DNA of 64,000 nucleotides from Bacteroidales bacterium (GTDB lineage Bacteria; Bacteroidota; Bacteroidia; Bacteroidales; P3): NCBI GenBank assembly GCA_031262295.1, contig JAISIA010000024.1, positions 10,659 to 74,658 of the forward strand, read 5' to 3'. Shown piece by piece: positions 21,416 to 30,639 of this stretch (position 1 is its first letter; each line of letters starts with the position of its first letter). The notes under the pieces were generated by a model. It saw only the letters and a program-made list of their open reading frames with translations, ran no database searches and was not told where the DNA came from. The position numbers and the translations under genes were made by a program.

Positions 21416-24400
21416 ATGAAAAGATTCTTCTTTTTATTTGTAGCAATTCTTTGTGCTACTTCATTAGGGGCTAATGGTTTTGTTTATTCAAAATCACAAA
21501 ATACTGATGATACAAACCCCTGTCAAAAACCAACAAACATTATTTTAAGTAATCCTACAACATCTTCCATAGATATATCTTGGAGTGATGATAATTCAAG
21601 TGTATTATATTGGTTGATAAAATACACATCTATATCTGATACTCTATGGGAAAATGCTCAGCAATTGCAAGCAAGCAATAATCCATTTACTCTAAATGAT
21701 CTTTTGCCAAATCAAACTTACAAACTTATTATTCAATCAAACTGTTCTTCATCAGATGAAAGCCTTTGGAGCGATTCTGTTGTTTTTACAACACTTTGTG
21801 AAAGTATATCTTTGATTGCTTGGAATGAAAACTTCGAAGCATTTGAACAATATTCTTTTCCTCAATGCTGGAGAAAATTTTCTTCTTTTTCAGCACAAGA
21901 TGTTTCTTATCCTTATATTGAATCAGCAGATTATTCTTCCCACTCTAATCCTAATTCATTAAAATTTGGAACAAGCAGCAATTCTACTTGCTGGGCAATA
22001 ACTCCTGCAATAGGACAAAGTATAGAAACGCTGCAATTAAGTTTTTGGGCAAAGGCTGAGGCTGATGTTTCAGGAACAATAGAAGTTGGAATCTTATCTT
22101 CTCAAACAGATACTTCTTCTTTTGAAAGTGTAATGATAGTACAACCAAGTACAACATATTCTAAATATGAAATACCTTTTGCTTTGGTTAATTCAATAGG
22201 AACAAACAAATATATAGCCTTTAAACAAAATGGTAGAAGTCAAGGTTACTTTTGGTGGATTGATGATATAGAATTGGATTATATTCCTTTTTGTCCTAAA
22301 CCTAATGATGTAAATATATCAAATATTACAACCTCTTCGGCAGAACTATCTTGGAATGATATAACAGGAAATTCCTCTTCTTGGACTCTTCAATACAAAC
22401 CTTCAAGTGTTATTTCGTGGGATAGTGCTTATAGTTTTCAAATAAATACTCAACCATATACAATAAATAATCTTTCTTCTGCATCTATATATGATTTAAG
22501 AATGAAGGCTGATTGCATTAGTGAGGAAAGTCCTTTTACAAATCCTATTACTTTTAAGACACAATGTGAAGACATAACCCTTATTCCATACACTATGGAT
22601 TTTGAAACAACTCTTCAATACGATAAAATGCCTATATGTTGGCAAAGAACAGAAGACTCTTTTATTGCAGGCAGCGAAAAATATCCTTATATTGTTACAA
22701 ATAATGCCAATAATGGAAGTAAGGCTTTGGCGTTTTATTCTACACAAAGCACATATTCTTATGCCATTTTGCCTAAAATAGATGTTCAAAATAGTGACTT
22801 ATCCCTAAGATTTTGGGCAAAAAGTCTTGCAGGAACACTTTCCGTTTTCCTAATGTCAGATGATGAACAAATGCAATTAATAGAAGATATAACACTAAAT
22901 GCAAATACATATCAAAGATATGATGTAACACTTCCAGAAGAAGCACTTACAGAAAAACAATACGTTGTTTTTAGATATAATACTTCAACATATAAAACAG
23001 GTTATATAGATGATTTAACAATAGATTATCCTTCTTTATGTAATGAACCAACAAATATTAGTGTAAATAATATAACTACATCTTCGGCACTTATTTCTTG
23101 GGATGAGGTTCAAGATGATGAAACTCCATCTTGGATTTTAGAATATATGGATGCAGATAATACTTCTTGGGAAGGAGCAACAAGCCTTAATGTAGGCAGC
23201 ATTCCTTTTACTTTAAGTGGGCTAACAGATGCTAAGACATATAAATTTAGAGTTAAGACAATATGTGAAAACTCTCAAAGTGCATATTCAAATGAAACAT
23301 CCTTTACAACACTTTGTTTGCCTTTGACTTCTTTTCCTTATACTATAGATTTTGATGACATTCCTTCTGGTAGTGGAAACCTACCTGTATGTTGGCAAAA
23401 ACCAAGTTATTCAAATGGTAATTATCCTTATGTATATAGCTCTTCAAATGTTCATAGTGGAGAAAAGTCTTTGCGTTTTTATGCAGATGGAAGCAATTAT
23501 GCTTATGCAATAATGCCACAAATAGGTGTAGATATAAGTTCTTTGCAAGTAAAATTCTGGGCTAAATCTAATGGAGGAACACTTTCCGTTGGTGTAATAT
23601 CTATTCCAGAAGATGCTTCAAGTATTCAAATCTTTCAAGATATAAATTTAACAAGTAGTTATCAAGAATATGAAGTATTATTTGATCAAATAAGTGGAGT
23701 AAATCTATATATAGTATTAAGATATAATTCACAAAGCTATTTTGAAGGATATGTTGATGATGTAGTAATAGATTATATTCCTTTATGTCCTAAACAAACA
23801 TCTTTAAGAGCATATAATCCAACAGACAATTCAATAGATCTTACTTGGATAGACCCTAATGGAAATGCTAATTTATGGGATATAGAATATATGTTAGCAA
23901 GTGATACTTCTTGGGATGAGGCTCAAACGATTCCAACTTCTTCTTATCCTTACACAATAACATCTTTACTCCAAAACACAACATATAAATTAAGGGTTAA
24001 GGCATCTTGCTTAAATGAAGAAAGCCCTTGGTCGGATGAGGTTATTTGTACAACACTTTGTGATGAGATTATAACCATACCTTTTGTTGAAAACTTTGAA
24101 TCCCTACAACAATATAGTTTTCCTTCTTGTTGGAGAAAAATAAGCAGTTATAATAAAACTTCTACCAACTATTATTATCCATTTGTTGAAACAGACCAAC
24201 ACAAAACAGGAGAAAAATCCTTAGCAATGGCAACGAAAAAAGAAAAGACTGCATACGCAATAACTCCACCTTTTAGTATGGATCTTAGTCTTTTGAAAAT
24301 AAAATGTCAAATAAGAAATGAGAGTTCAACAAATTCAGGTAGCTTAGAGTTGGGAATTATGAGCGATCTAACAGATACAACAACATTCCAAAGCATAATT

Positions 24401-25675
24401 TCTTTTGATGCCGTTGAGGCTTATAATACTTGGGTTGAAAAAGAGATTTATTTAGACCAAGTAAATACAGGTGATTGTAAATTTATTGCTTTTAAACAAA
24501 CTGCACCAAGAAATAATTACTATTGGTGGATTGATGATATAGAGATAAATTATATAACAAATTGTGCTTCTCCTTATGATTTAAGTATAAATGAAACAAA
24601 CACTATGGCTAATTTACAATGGGCTTACGAGAATAATAGTGGTAATGGTTTCCAAGTACGTTTAAATTCAGATGGAGATACTATTGAAGTTTATACAAAT
24701 AGTTATCTTTTTACAAATTTAACACCTAACACACAATATACAGCATACATTAGAGCAATTTGTGATAATTCCTATTCTTCTTGGAGAAGTATAAGTTTTA
24801 CAACAACAAATATAGAGGCAGGAGCAATAACTTATACTCCTATATCAATAAGTCAGTTCTCTGCAATTTTAAGTGGTGAATATGTTGGTATAGATTCTGA
24901 ACCTTTATGTAAGGGATTCTATTATAGAAATGCTAATTCTACCTCTTGGACAAGGGTTATTTCAGAGGGGGGAACTAATCCATACACTATTTTAATAGAT
25001 AATCTTATAGCAGATAATGATTATATATATAAGGCTTTTGTTAAAATTAATGAGAATGACTCTGTTTTTGGTCAGGAAGTTTCTTTTCATAGTCTTGCTA
25101 TTGTTCCAGCTATTGTTGAAACCTTAGATGTTACAAATATAGAGGCTAATAGTGCAACATTTTCTGCAACAATTGAGCAAGGAACATTGGAGATTACATC
25201 AAGAAGTTTTCAACTAATAAAAGAAAATGATTTATGGTCTGATGCAACAATTATAACAGGACAAGGCACATCTCCTTTTGTTGCAACATATAATTCTTTA
25301 CTTCCAAACACTCCTTATATAGTTAGAGCAGTTGTAACAACAGGGGAAAATGATGATGAGACTTATGGTAATGAAGTAAGATTTAATACACCATTAAGCC
25401 TTTTAGATATAGACAATAATAGGGTTTGTTTTGATATTTATCCTAATCCTGCAAAAGGGAATACAAAACTATATATCCAAAATGCAAAAGGGGATATTTC
25501 AATAAAACTATTTGATGTTTATTCTCGTATAGTAAAAACTATAAAAATAAAGGCTAATAGCTCCCAAGAAGAATATCCATTAGATTTATCTTCTCTTTTT
25601 TCTGGAACATATTACATACAAATTCTAACAGAAAACAATTCTAATATATCAACACAAAAACTAATAATCCTATAA
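21416..25675 (+). CDS. large modular T9SS-secreted surface protein (4x [FN3-like + C..W..WWIDD domain], Ig-like repeats, T9SS sorting domain)
   Basis: 1419 aa with a signal peptide. Four tandem modules each begin CxKPT/PN..N.TTSS..(S)W and end (Y/W)(I/V)DD(I/L/V)..DYIP(L/F)C. The C-terminus FDIYPNPAKGNTKLYIQ...QKLIIL is a type A T9SS sorting domain. Confidence 0.8.
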   Translation: MKRFFFLFVAILCATSLGANGFVYSKSQNTDDTNPCQKPTNIILSNPTTSSIDISWSDDNSSVLYWLIKYTSISDTLWENAQQLQASNNPFTLNDLLPNQTYKLIIQSNCSSSDESLWSDSVVFTTLCESISLIAWNENFEAFEQYSFPQCWRKFSSFSAQDVSYPYIESADYSSHSNPNSLKFGTSSNSTCWAITPAIGQSIETLQLSFWAKAEADVSGTIEVGILSSQTDTSSFESVMIVQPSTTYSKYEIPFALVNSIGTNKYIAFKQNGRSQGYFWWIDDIELDYIPFCPKPNDVNISNITTSSAELSWNDITGNSSSWTLQYKPSSVISWDSAYSFQINTQPYTINNLSSASIYDLRMKADCISEESPFTNPITFKTQCEDITLIPYTMDFETTLQYDKMPICWQRTEDSFIAGSEKYPYIVTNNANNGSKALAFYSTQSTYSYAILPKIDVQNSDLSLRFWAKSLAGTLSVFLMSDDEQMQLIEDITLNANTYQRYDVTLPEEALTEKQYVVFRYNTSTYKTGYIDDLTIDYPSLCNEPTNISVNNITTSSALISWDEVQDDETPSWILEYMDADNTSWEGATSLNVGSIPFTLSGLTDAKTYKFRVKTICENSQSAYSNETSFTTLCLPLTSFPYTIDFDDIPSGSGNLPVCWQKPSYSNGNYPYVYSSSNVHSGEKSLRFYADGSNYAYAIMPQIGVDISSLQVKFWAKSNGGTLSVGVISIPEDASSIQIFQDINLTSSYQEYEVLFDQISGVNLYIVLRYNSQSYFEGYVDDVVIDYIPLCPKQTSLRAYNPTDNSIDLTWIDPNGNANLWDIEYMLASDTSWDEAQTIPTSSYPYTITSLLQNTTYKLRVKASCLNEESPWSDEVICTTLCDEIITIPFVENFESLQQYSFPSCWRKISSYNKTSTNYYYPFVETDQHKTGEKSLAMATKKEKTAYAITPPFSMDLSLLKIKCQIRNESSTNSGSLELGIMSDLTDTTTFQSIISFDAVEAYNTWVEKEIYLDQVNTGDCKFIAFKQTAPRNNYYWWIDDIEINYITNCASPYDLSINETNTMANLQWAYENNSGNGFQVRLNSDGDTIEVYTNSYLFTNLTPNTQYTAYIRAICDNSYSSWRSISFTTTNIEAGAITYTPISISQFSAILSGEYVGIDSEPLCKGFYYRNANSTSWTRVISEGGTNPYTILIDNLIADNDYIYKAFVKINENDSVFGQEVSFHSLAIVPAIVETLDVTNIEANSATFSATIEQGTLEITSRSFQLIKENDLWSDATIITGQGTSPFVATYNSLLPNTPYIVRAVVTTGENDDETYGNEVRFNTPLSLLDIDNNRVCFDIYPNPAKGNTKLYIQNAKGDISIKLFDVYSRIVKTIKIKANSSQEEYPLDLSSLFSGTYYIQILTENNSNISTQKLIIL

Positions 25676-25725
25676 GCTAAAACAAAAACATAGTTTAGTC
25701 TTATAGTTTTTTACAACTATTAAAA

Positions 25726-25761
25726 AATATGCGTTAAGAATAATTATTCTTAACGCATATT
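25726..25761. terminator. perfect 36-bp palindrome downstream of the T9SS cargo gene (bidirectional terminator-like)
   Basis: aatatgcgttaagaataa|ttattcttaacgcatatt, a perfect 18+18 palindrome 51 nt after the stop at 25675. The flanking T-run is weak. Confidence 0.5.
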
Positions 25762-25855
25762 GTTTAATTTCTTTAAGATAAGACAATATATACTTTGATT
25801 ATAATATGTTAAATCACAATATACATAAATATCATAAACTAAAATTTGCATTTTT

Positions 25856-25887
25856 TTTGCAAATATCAATTTTTAATTGCATCTTTG
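25856..25887 (+). promoter_or_regulatory. candidate promoter of the ATPase two-gene module
   Basis: TTTG (25856-25859), 20 nt, CATCTTTG (25880-25887; one mismatch to TAnnTTTG), about 30 nt upstream of ATG 25918. Confidence 0.45.
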
Positions 25888-25917
25888 CACTTTAAAATTT
25901 ATAAAATCCAAGAAATT

Positions 25918-27195
25918 ATGTTAATAGAATTTTGCGTAGAAAATTTTCTTTCTTTTAAAGATTTAACCACTCTTTCAATGGTTGTTGCAAAATCATTTAA
26001 AGAGCATAAAGATAGTCACATCATAGAAGCAAAAAACAATAATTTGAACTTGCTAAAATCAACAATTATTTATGGGAATAATGCAAGTGGAAAAAGCAAT
26101 TTGCTTAAAGCAATAAATTTTATGAAAACAACTGTCTTAAATTCTTTTAGAGATGCTCTAATGGAAAATAATGAAAGAGTATTTCCATTAGAAAAGTTTG
26201 CTTTAAATACAAAAAACGAAAAGGAATCAAGTTTTTTTGAAGTTTCATTTATTCAAAAAGGAGTAAAGTATCGTTATGGCTTTGAAATAGATTTTAACAA
26301 AATTGTTGCCGAATGGTTGTATCATACAACGAGCAAGGAAGTTTATTTGTTTAAAAGAGATTTACAGAATATAGAAATAAATAAATCTGCATTTAAAGAG
26401 GGTGTTGGAAAAAAAGATGATGTAAAGGAAAATGTTCTTTTTCTTTCACTTTTAGCTACCTTAGGAAAAGAAATATCTTCCAATATAGTTAATTGGTTTA
26501 AAAATATCAACTTTATAAATGGAATTAGTGATTCTCTTCACAAAGATTATACTATAGAAAAACTTAAATCAGACAAGATTTTTTTTAATTGTGTATTACA
26601 ATTTTTAAAGTATTTGGAAATTGCAAATTTATCAACAACAGAAAAAGATACTAATAAAATAGATTTGGAAAGATTTGGAAAAGAAGAAAAGGACGAACTA
26701 ATTACATACCATAGAAAATATGATGAGAATAATATTTTAATAGATACTATTCCTTTTAATTTTGACAAACAAGAATCAGAAGGAACAAAAAAACTATTAT
26801 ACCTACTTGGACCTTGGTATGATGCATTGCAAAATGGAAAAATTTTAATTATTGATGAACTTGACTCTCGTCTCCATAGTCATTTAACTTCAAAACTTAT
26901 TGGTTTTTTTCATCATTTTAATAAAAATTCATCACAACTTATTTGTGCTGTTCATGATATTTCTCTATTAAATAAAGAGACTTTTAGAAGAGATCAAATT
27001 TGGTTTGTGGAAAAAAATCAATTTGGAGCATCTGAATTATATTCTTTAGCAGACTTTAAAACAGATAAAGTTAGGAACAAATCTGCCTTTGATAAAAATT
27101 ACTTAGAAGGTAAGTATGGTGCAATTCCCTATTTTAGCTTTGGTGAACAATTAAATGGAATTTTGTATGACAAAGGAAAAAGAAAACAAATTTAA
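25918..27195 (+). CDS. AAA_21/COG1106-type ABC-like ATPase (abortive-infection class)
   Basis: Start trimmed to MLIEFCVENFLSFKD (ATG 25918). Walker A GNNASGKSN, ESEGTKKLL, Walker B ILIIDELDSRLH, QLICAVHD, RRDQIWFVEK and C-terminal YLEGKYGAIPYF. This is the standard motif set of this ATPase family. Confidence 0.8.
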   Translation: MLIEFCVENFLSFKDLTTLSMVVAKSFKEHKDSHIIEAKNNNLNLLKSTIIYGNNASGKSNLLKAINFMKTTVLNSFRDALMENNERVFPLEKFALNTKNEKESSFFEVSFIQKGVKYRYGFEIDFNKIVAEWLYHTTSKEVYLFKRDLQNIEINKSAFKEGVGKKDDVKENVLFLSLLATLGKEISSNIVNWFKNINFINGISDSLHKDYTIEKLKSDKIFFNCVLQFLKYLEIANLSTTEKDTNKIDLERFGKEEKDELITYHRKYDENNILIDTIPFNFDKQESEGTKKLLYLLGPWYDALQNGKILIIDELDSRLHSHLTSKLIGFFHHFNKNSSQLICAVHDISLLNKETFRRDQIWFVEKNQFGASELYSLADFKTDKVRNKSAFDKNYLEGKYGAIPYFSFGEQLNGILYDKGKRKQI

Positions 27196-27613
27196 AAGCA
27201 GAAAATCTTCTTCATACAAAAGAAACACTAAAAATAGGGATTTACGCTCTGGAATAAGGGAACCATTTATCGTTTTAAGTTTTATTGATTATGATAGAAA
27301 TCAAGGACAATCTTTTGAAGAATGGGAAGAAGAAAAATTACTCGCATTAGCTATTAATAAACTTAGAGCTGTTTGCCAATTAACAAAGATTGAAGCTACT
27401 CATCAGCAAATAATAAAAGAATATCCAAAGGGAATATTTCCTCCTAATACTGAATTTTATCACCCTAAACATATCCCTGAGGATATATCATGGTGTTCAA
27501 TGCACATACAAGGTAAGGAATGTGTAATTGGATATTTTAAAGATAATATTTTCAATATTGTTTTCCTTGATAAAAATCATAAATTTTGGATAACAGAAAA
27601 GAAAAACACTTAA
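27167..27613 (+). CDS. 148-aa protein of unknown function, partner of the ATPase
   Basis: ATG at 27167 (alternative 27155) overlaps the ATPase 3' end by 29 nt in another frame. The N-terminal roughly 33 aa are K/R-rich. The C-terminus reads WCSMHIQGKECVIGYFKDNIFNIVFLDKNHKFW. No family recognised. Confidence 0.6.
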   Translation: MTKEKENKFKSRKSSSYKRNTKNRDLRSGIREPFIVLSFIDYDRNQGQSFEEWEEEKLLALAINKLRAVCQLTKIEATHQQIIKEYPKGIFPPNTEFYHPKHIPEDISWCSMHIQGKECVIGYFKDNIFNIVFLDKNHKFWITEKKNT

Positions 27614-27810
27614 AAAAATGTTAATTTTATCCAAATTTTATGTGTATTCATAATAAAGTGATATTAAATTTATATAAGAAAAATTTAACATTTGCAAAGG
27701 TAGTAAATATATGTAAATTGTATTATTTTACATTTTCTTATAATATCACAAAATTTTGCACTTAGATTTATCTATTTTTTAGACTATTTTAATAAGTCTT
27801 TATTTGGTGA

Positions 27811-28010
27811 AACTAAAACGAAGATTTATTTTTCTAAAACGAAGAAATAATTTATTAAAACGAAGAAATAATTTGCTAAAACCTTGTTTTAATTTTCTAA
27901 AACGCTGTTTTAATTAGAAAAATTTACAAAAGAAAAAAACGAATTTTCATTAGAACAACTGAAAGCTGACTGCCAGACTTCCGCAAGGACAATCAAATGC
28001 CACTTGGTGG
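27811..28010 (+). repeat. intergenic repeat locus C: 5 phased 21-bp repeats + 1 hairpin unit
   Basis: The 21-bp units span 27811-27915 (core C at 27819, 27840, 27861, 27882, 27903). The unit ccagacttccgcaaggacaatcaaatgccacttggtgg at 27973-28010 ends directly at the M23 peptidase stop codon (28011). Confidence 0.9.
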
Positions 28011-29009
28011 TTATTTTAGTTTTAGTTTTTGTCCTGCTTTGATTTTATTTCCTTTTATGTTATTTAGTTTTGCTAATTTTTTAACAGAGACTCCTGTTCT
28101 TTGAGATATACCGCTAAGAGTTTCACCTCTTTTTACTATATATGTTCTTCCGTTTTTATTTGCCTTTGTTTTGCTTTTAGCAATTTGGTAATTATTGTTC
28201 TTTTTAACGGATTGGTGACGGAAATTATCACGAGTTAGAGTAAGGGTATTATCTTTTAGTTCTTCACTTGCGAAATTTATAACATCTTCTGGGTTTATTG
28301 CAGAGCCTTGATACCTTATTTCAAGATGCAGATGTGGTCCAGAGCTTCTTCCTGTTGAACCGCCATAACCTATAATGTCTCCAGCCTTTACTTCATCGCC
28401 GGGAGTTACACCTAATCTTGAAAGATGTCCGTAATATGTTTCAAGTTGATTGTTGTGTTCTATAACTATTAAGTTGCCGTATGCCCCGGCGCGTTTTGCA
28501 TAACGCACTCTTCCATCAAAGATTGCTTTTATAGGTTCTCCTGTTCTAAGACCAAGATCTGTCCCATAGTGGAAGCGTCTTCTTCTTGGACCAAATCGAG
28601 AGGTTATTCCCTTAGAGTTTTCCAAAGGAAACACAAAGTGATGTTTCTTTTCATCAACCAAAGGCAGCTCAATGGAGCCTTCCAAAGATGAAAAGTCGGT
28701 CTTTTTACGATGTATTGAGGTGATAAGTGGTTGAGAAAGGTCTATCTCATTGAGGATTTCTTCTTCGCTTTCTGCTCCTTGATCATAAACTACTGTGGGT
28801 TCATAAAATTGCATAAGGGATTTATGAAAGCGTATTGTATCTTTTATTATTCCTATTTGTGAATCTTGATGCTCTATGCCAACGTTTTTTCTATTTTGCA
28901 TCATACCTCTTTCGTGCAAATCTTTTTCTTGAGGCAACTGAGCAAAGACTATTATTGGTAAAAGTAAAAAGCAGAATGATATTAGTTTTATTACAATTTG
29001 TTTAATCAT
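28011..29009 (-). CDS. M23 peptidase with C-terminal LysM domain
   Basis: Start trimmed to MIKQIVIKLISF (complement 29007-29009), because a TATCTTTG box at 29038-29045 lies inside the longer track ORF. Motifs HYGTDL and GSTGRSSGPHLHLEI. LysM segment YIVKRGETLSGISQRTGVSVKKLAKLNN. Confidence 0.85.
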   Translation of the reverse strand: MIKQIVIKLISFCFLLLPIIVFAQLPQEKDLHERGMMQNRKNVGIEHQDSQIGIIKDTIRFHKSLMQFYEPTVVYDQGAESEEEILNEIDLSQPLITSIHRKKTDFSSLEGSIELPLVDEKKHHFVFPLENSKGITSRFGPRRRRFHYGTDLGLRTGEPIKAIFDGRVRYAKRAGAYGNLIVIEHNNQLETYYGHLSRLGVTPGDEVKAGDIIGYGGSTGRSSGPHLHLEIRYQGSAINPEDVINFASEELKDNTLTLTRDNFRHQSVKKNNNYQIAKSKTKANKNGRTYIVKRGETLSGISQRTGVSVKKLAKLNNIKGNKIKAGQKLKLK

Positions 29010-29037
29010 CGTTTCAATATTAAGAATCTTAGAGCCG

Positions 29038-29045
29038 CAAAGATA
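29038..29045 (-). promoter_or_regulatory. -7 box upstream of the M23 peptidase gene
   Basis: Complement reads TATCTTTG, 28 nt upstream of the trimmed start at 29009. Confidence 0.45.
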
Positions 29046-29084
29046 CAAAAAATATTAAATATGTGCAAAAAATGAACAAAAAAC

Positions 29085-30614
29085 TCATTCTTGATGTTCT
29101 GCTCTTAGCAAATCGTTTATTGTTTTAACGGGAGTAAAAGTTTCTAATGGGACTTCAACAAATAGGGTTATCCACTTAGCCATTCCGCCATTCCAAAGTC
29201 CCGGTTTTTCTTGTGCTTTTATCTCTTTACCATCGTAGGACTTTATTGAGATGAATCCAGTTGTTTCATCGGTGAAACAATTTAGGTTAAATTTTTCTCC
29301 CTTATAGTTTTTTGTTGCACAAACCATATCAACGGGATTAAAATGTGTTGAAGAAGAAAATATTTCACTTTGTTTTTCTGATTTCAAATCCACTTGTGCT
29401 CCTTCAATTATTTGCAAACTTATTGTGTTTGTTTTAGTATCTCTAACCCAAAAAGGACCTCCTCCTATTTCATTTGTTTTTTTCACCATAGCACAAACTC
29501 TTATTGGACGATTTAGTTTGTTGTGGAGGATTTTTAAAATGTCTTTATCTTCTTTTTCTTTTTGTGAAAGGTTTATTCCCAACTTATTTGTTAGTTCAAT
29601 TATTGAAACAATATCCCCACTATTTAAAGTTTCTTTTTCCAATTTATTTAATATGGAAAAGACTTCTTTTTGTGTATTAAGGAGTATTCCTCCAAGTAGT
29701 TTTTTATATTTATATGTGTGAGCTTTTATTTTATCATGCGAAACATTATCTATGTTTTTGATAAATATAACATCACTATCAATCTCATTTAAGTTTTCTA
29801 TCAATGCTCCATGTCCTGAGGGGCGAAAGACAATATTTCCTTTTTTGTCATAGAACATTGTGTTATCCATATTGACAGCAATAGTATCTGTGGAGGGTTT
29901 TTGAAAAGATAGTTCTATATTGTATTTTACCTTATATAGGTCTTCGTAATAAGGTTTAATACTATTTATAGTTTCTATAAAATCTTTTTTATGTTCGGGT
30001 GATATTGTAAAATGAAGGTTTATATTCCCTGTTTTCTCCACTGCATAGAAAGAGGCTTCAACAAAATGTTCTTCTATTGCCTTTCTTACTCTGTTTTCCT
30101 TAGTATATTTATGAAAAGATATAAGAGCCTTTGGCATTTTTCCATAGTTTAAACCTATTGTTGAGAGTATGTAATTTACAATTGTGGTATAATCTTTTTT
30201 TTCTAAGTATTCTTCTAATGAAGTATTGTTTTGTAAAAACTTTTCTTTTAACTCCAAATAGAAGGCAAACTTTTCGAGATTATTAATTGTTTTTTCTGCC
30301 TCAGTAAAATTTTTTAATGTATATGGAAGTCCCATATAGGAGGAAGTAAATTCAAAAAGGTCTTTAAACATTCTTGTTGCCGCACCAGAGGCAGGAACAA
30401 ATTTTGTTATTGAATAATTTTCTTTCTCTTTTTCATAAAGACTTATCATATTAGATATTTCTTTTTCATCTAAAACTATAATTCCGTCATTCTTTATTGC
30501 AGGAGAAGATAATTCAACAAAGGCAAAACCTTTTATGAAGTTTATCATTTGTTTTTCAAATTCCTCAATTGTTATTCCATGAGAAAGAATTTCATTTTTG
30601 TCTTTTTCTGTCAT
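29085..30614 (-). CDS. DUF4301-like protein (nucleotidyltransferase-like)
   Basis: 509 aa. The motifs VPASGAATRMFK and RPSGHGAL recall UDP-sugar pyrophosphorylase-like folds. Located next to glmS. Confidence 0.5.
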   Translation of the reverse strand: MTEKDKNEILSHGITIEEFEKQMINFIKGFAFVELSSPAIKNDGIIVLDEKEISNMISLYEKEKENYSITKFVPASGAATRMFKDLFEFTSSYMGLPYTLKNFTEAEKTINNLEKFAFYLELKEKFLQNNTSLEEYLEKKDYTTIVNYILSTIGLNYGKMPKALISFHKYTKENRVRKAIEEHFVEASFYAVEKTGNINLHFTISPEHKKDFIETINSIKPYYEDLYKVKYNIELSFQKPSTDTIAVNMDNTMFYDKKGNIVFRPSGHGALIENLNEIDSDVIFIKNIDNVSHDKIKAHTYKYKKLLGGILLNTQKEVFSILNKLEKETLNSGDIVSIIELTNKLGINLSQKEKEDKDILKILHNKLNRPIRVCAMVKKTNEIGGGPFWVRDTKTNTISLQIIEGAQVDLKSEKQSEIFSSSTHFNPVDMVCATKNYKGEKFNLNCFTDETTGFISIKSYDGKEIKAQEKPGLWNGGMAKWITLFVEVPLETFTPVKTINDLLRAEHQE

Positions 30615-30639
30615 CTTTTTTTGTTTTTAAAGCAATGCT

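Noticed and set aside
27695-27702. Minus-strand TACCTTTG box about 85 nt downstream of the 148-aa gene, which could drive an antisense RNA against the defence-module 3' end (type I/III TA-like).
   Set aside because: No -33 TTTG lies at the proper spacing. Single -7-like octamers are expected occasionally in this composition, and there is no supporting structure or terminator.
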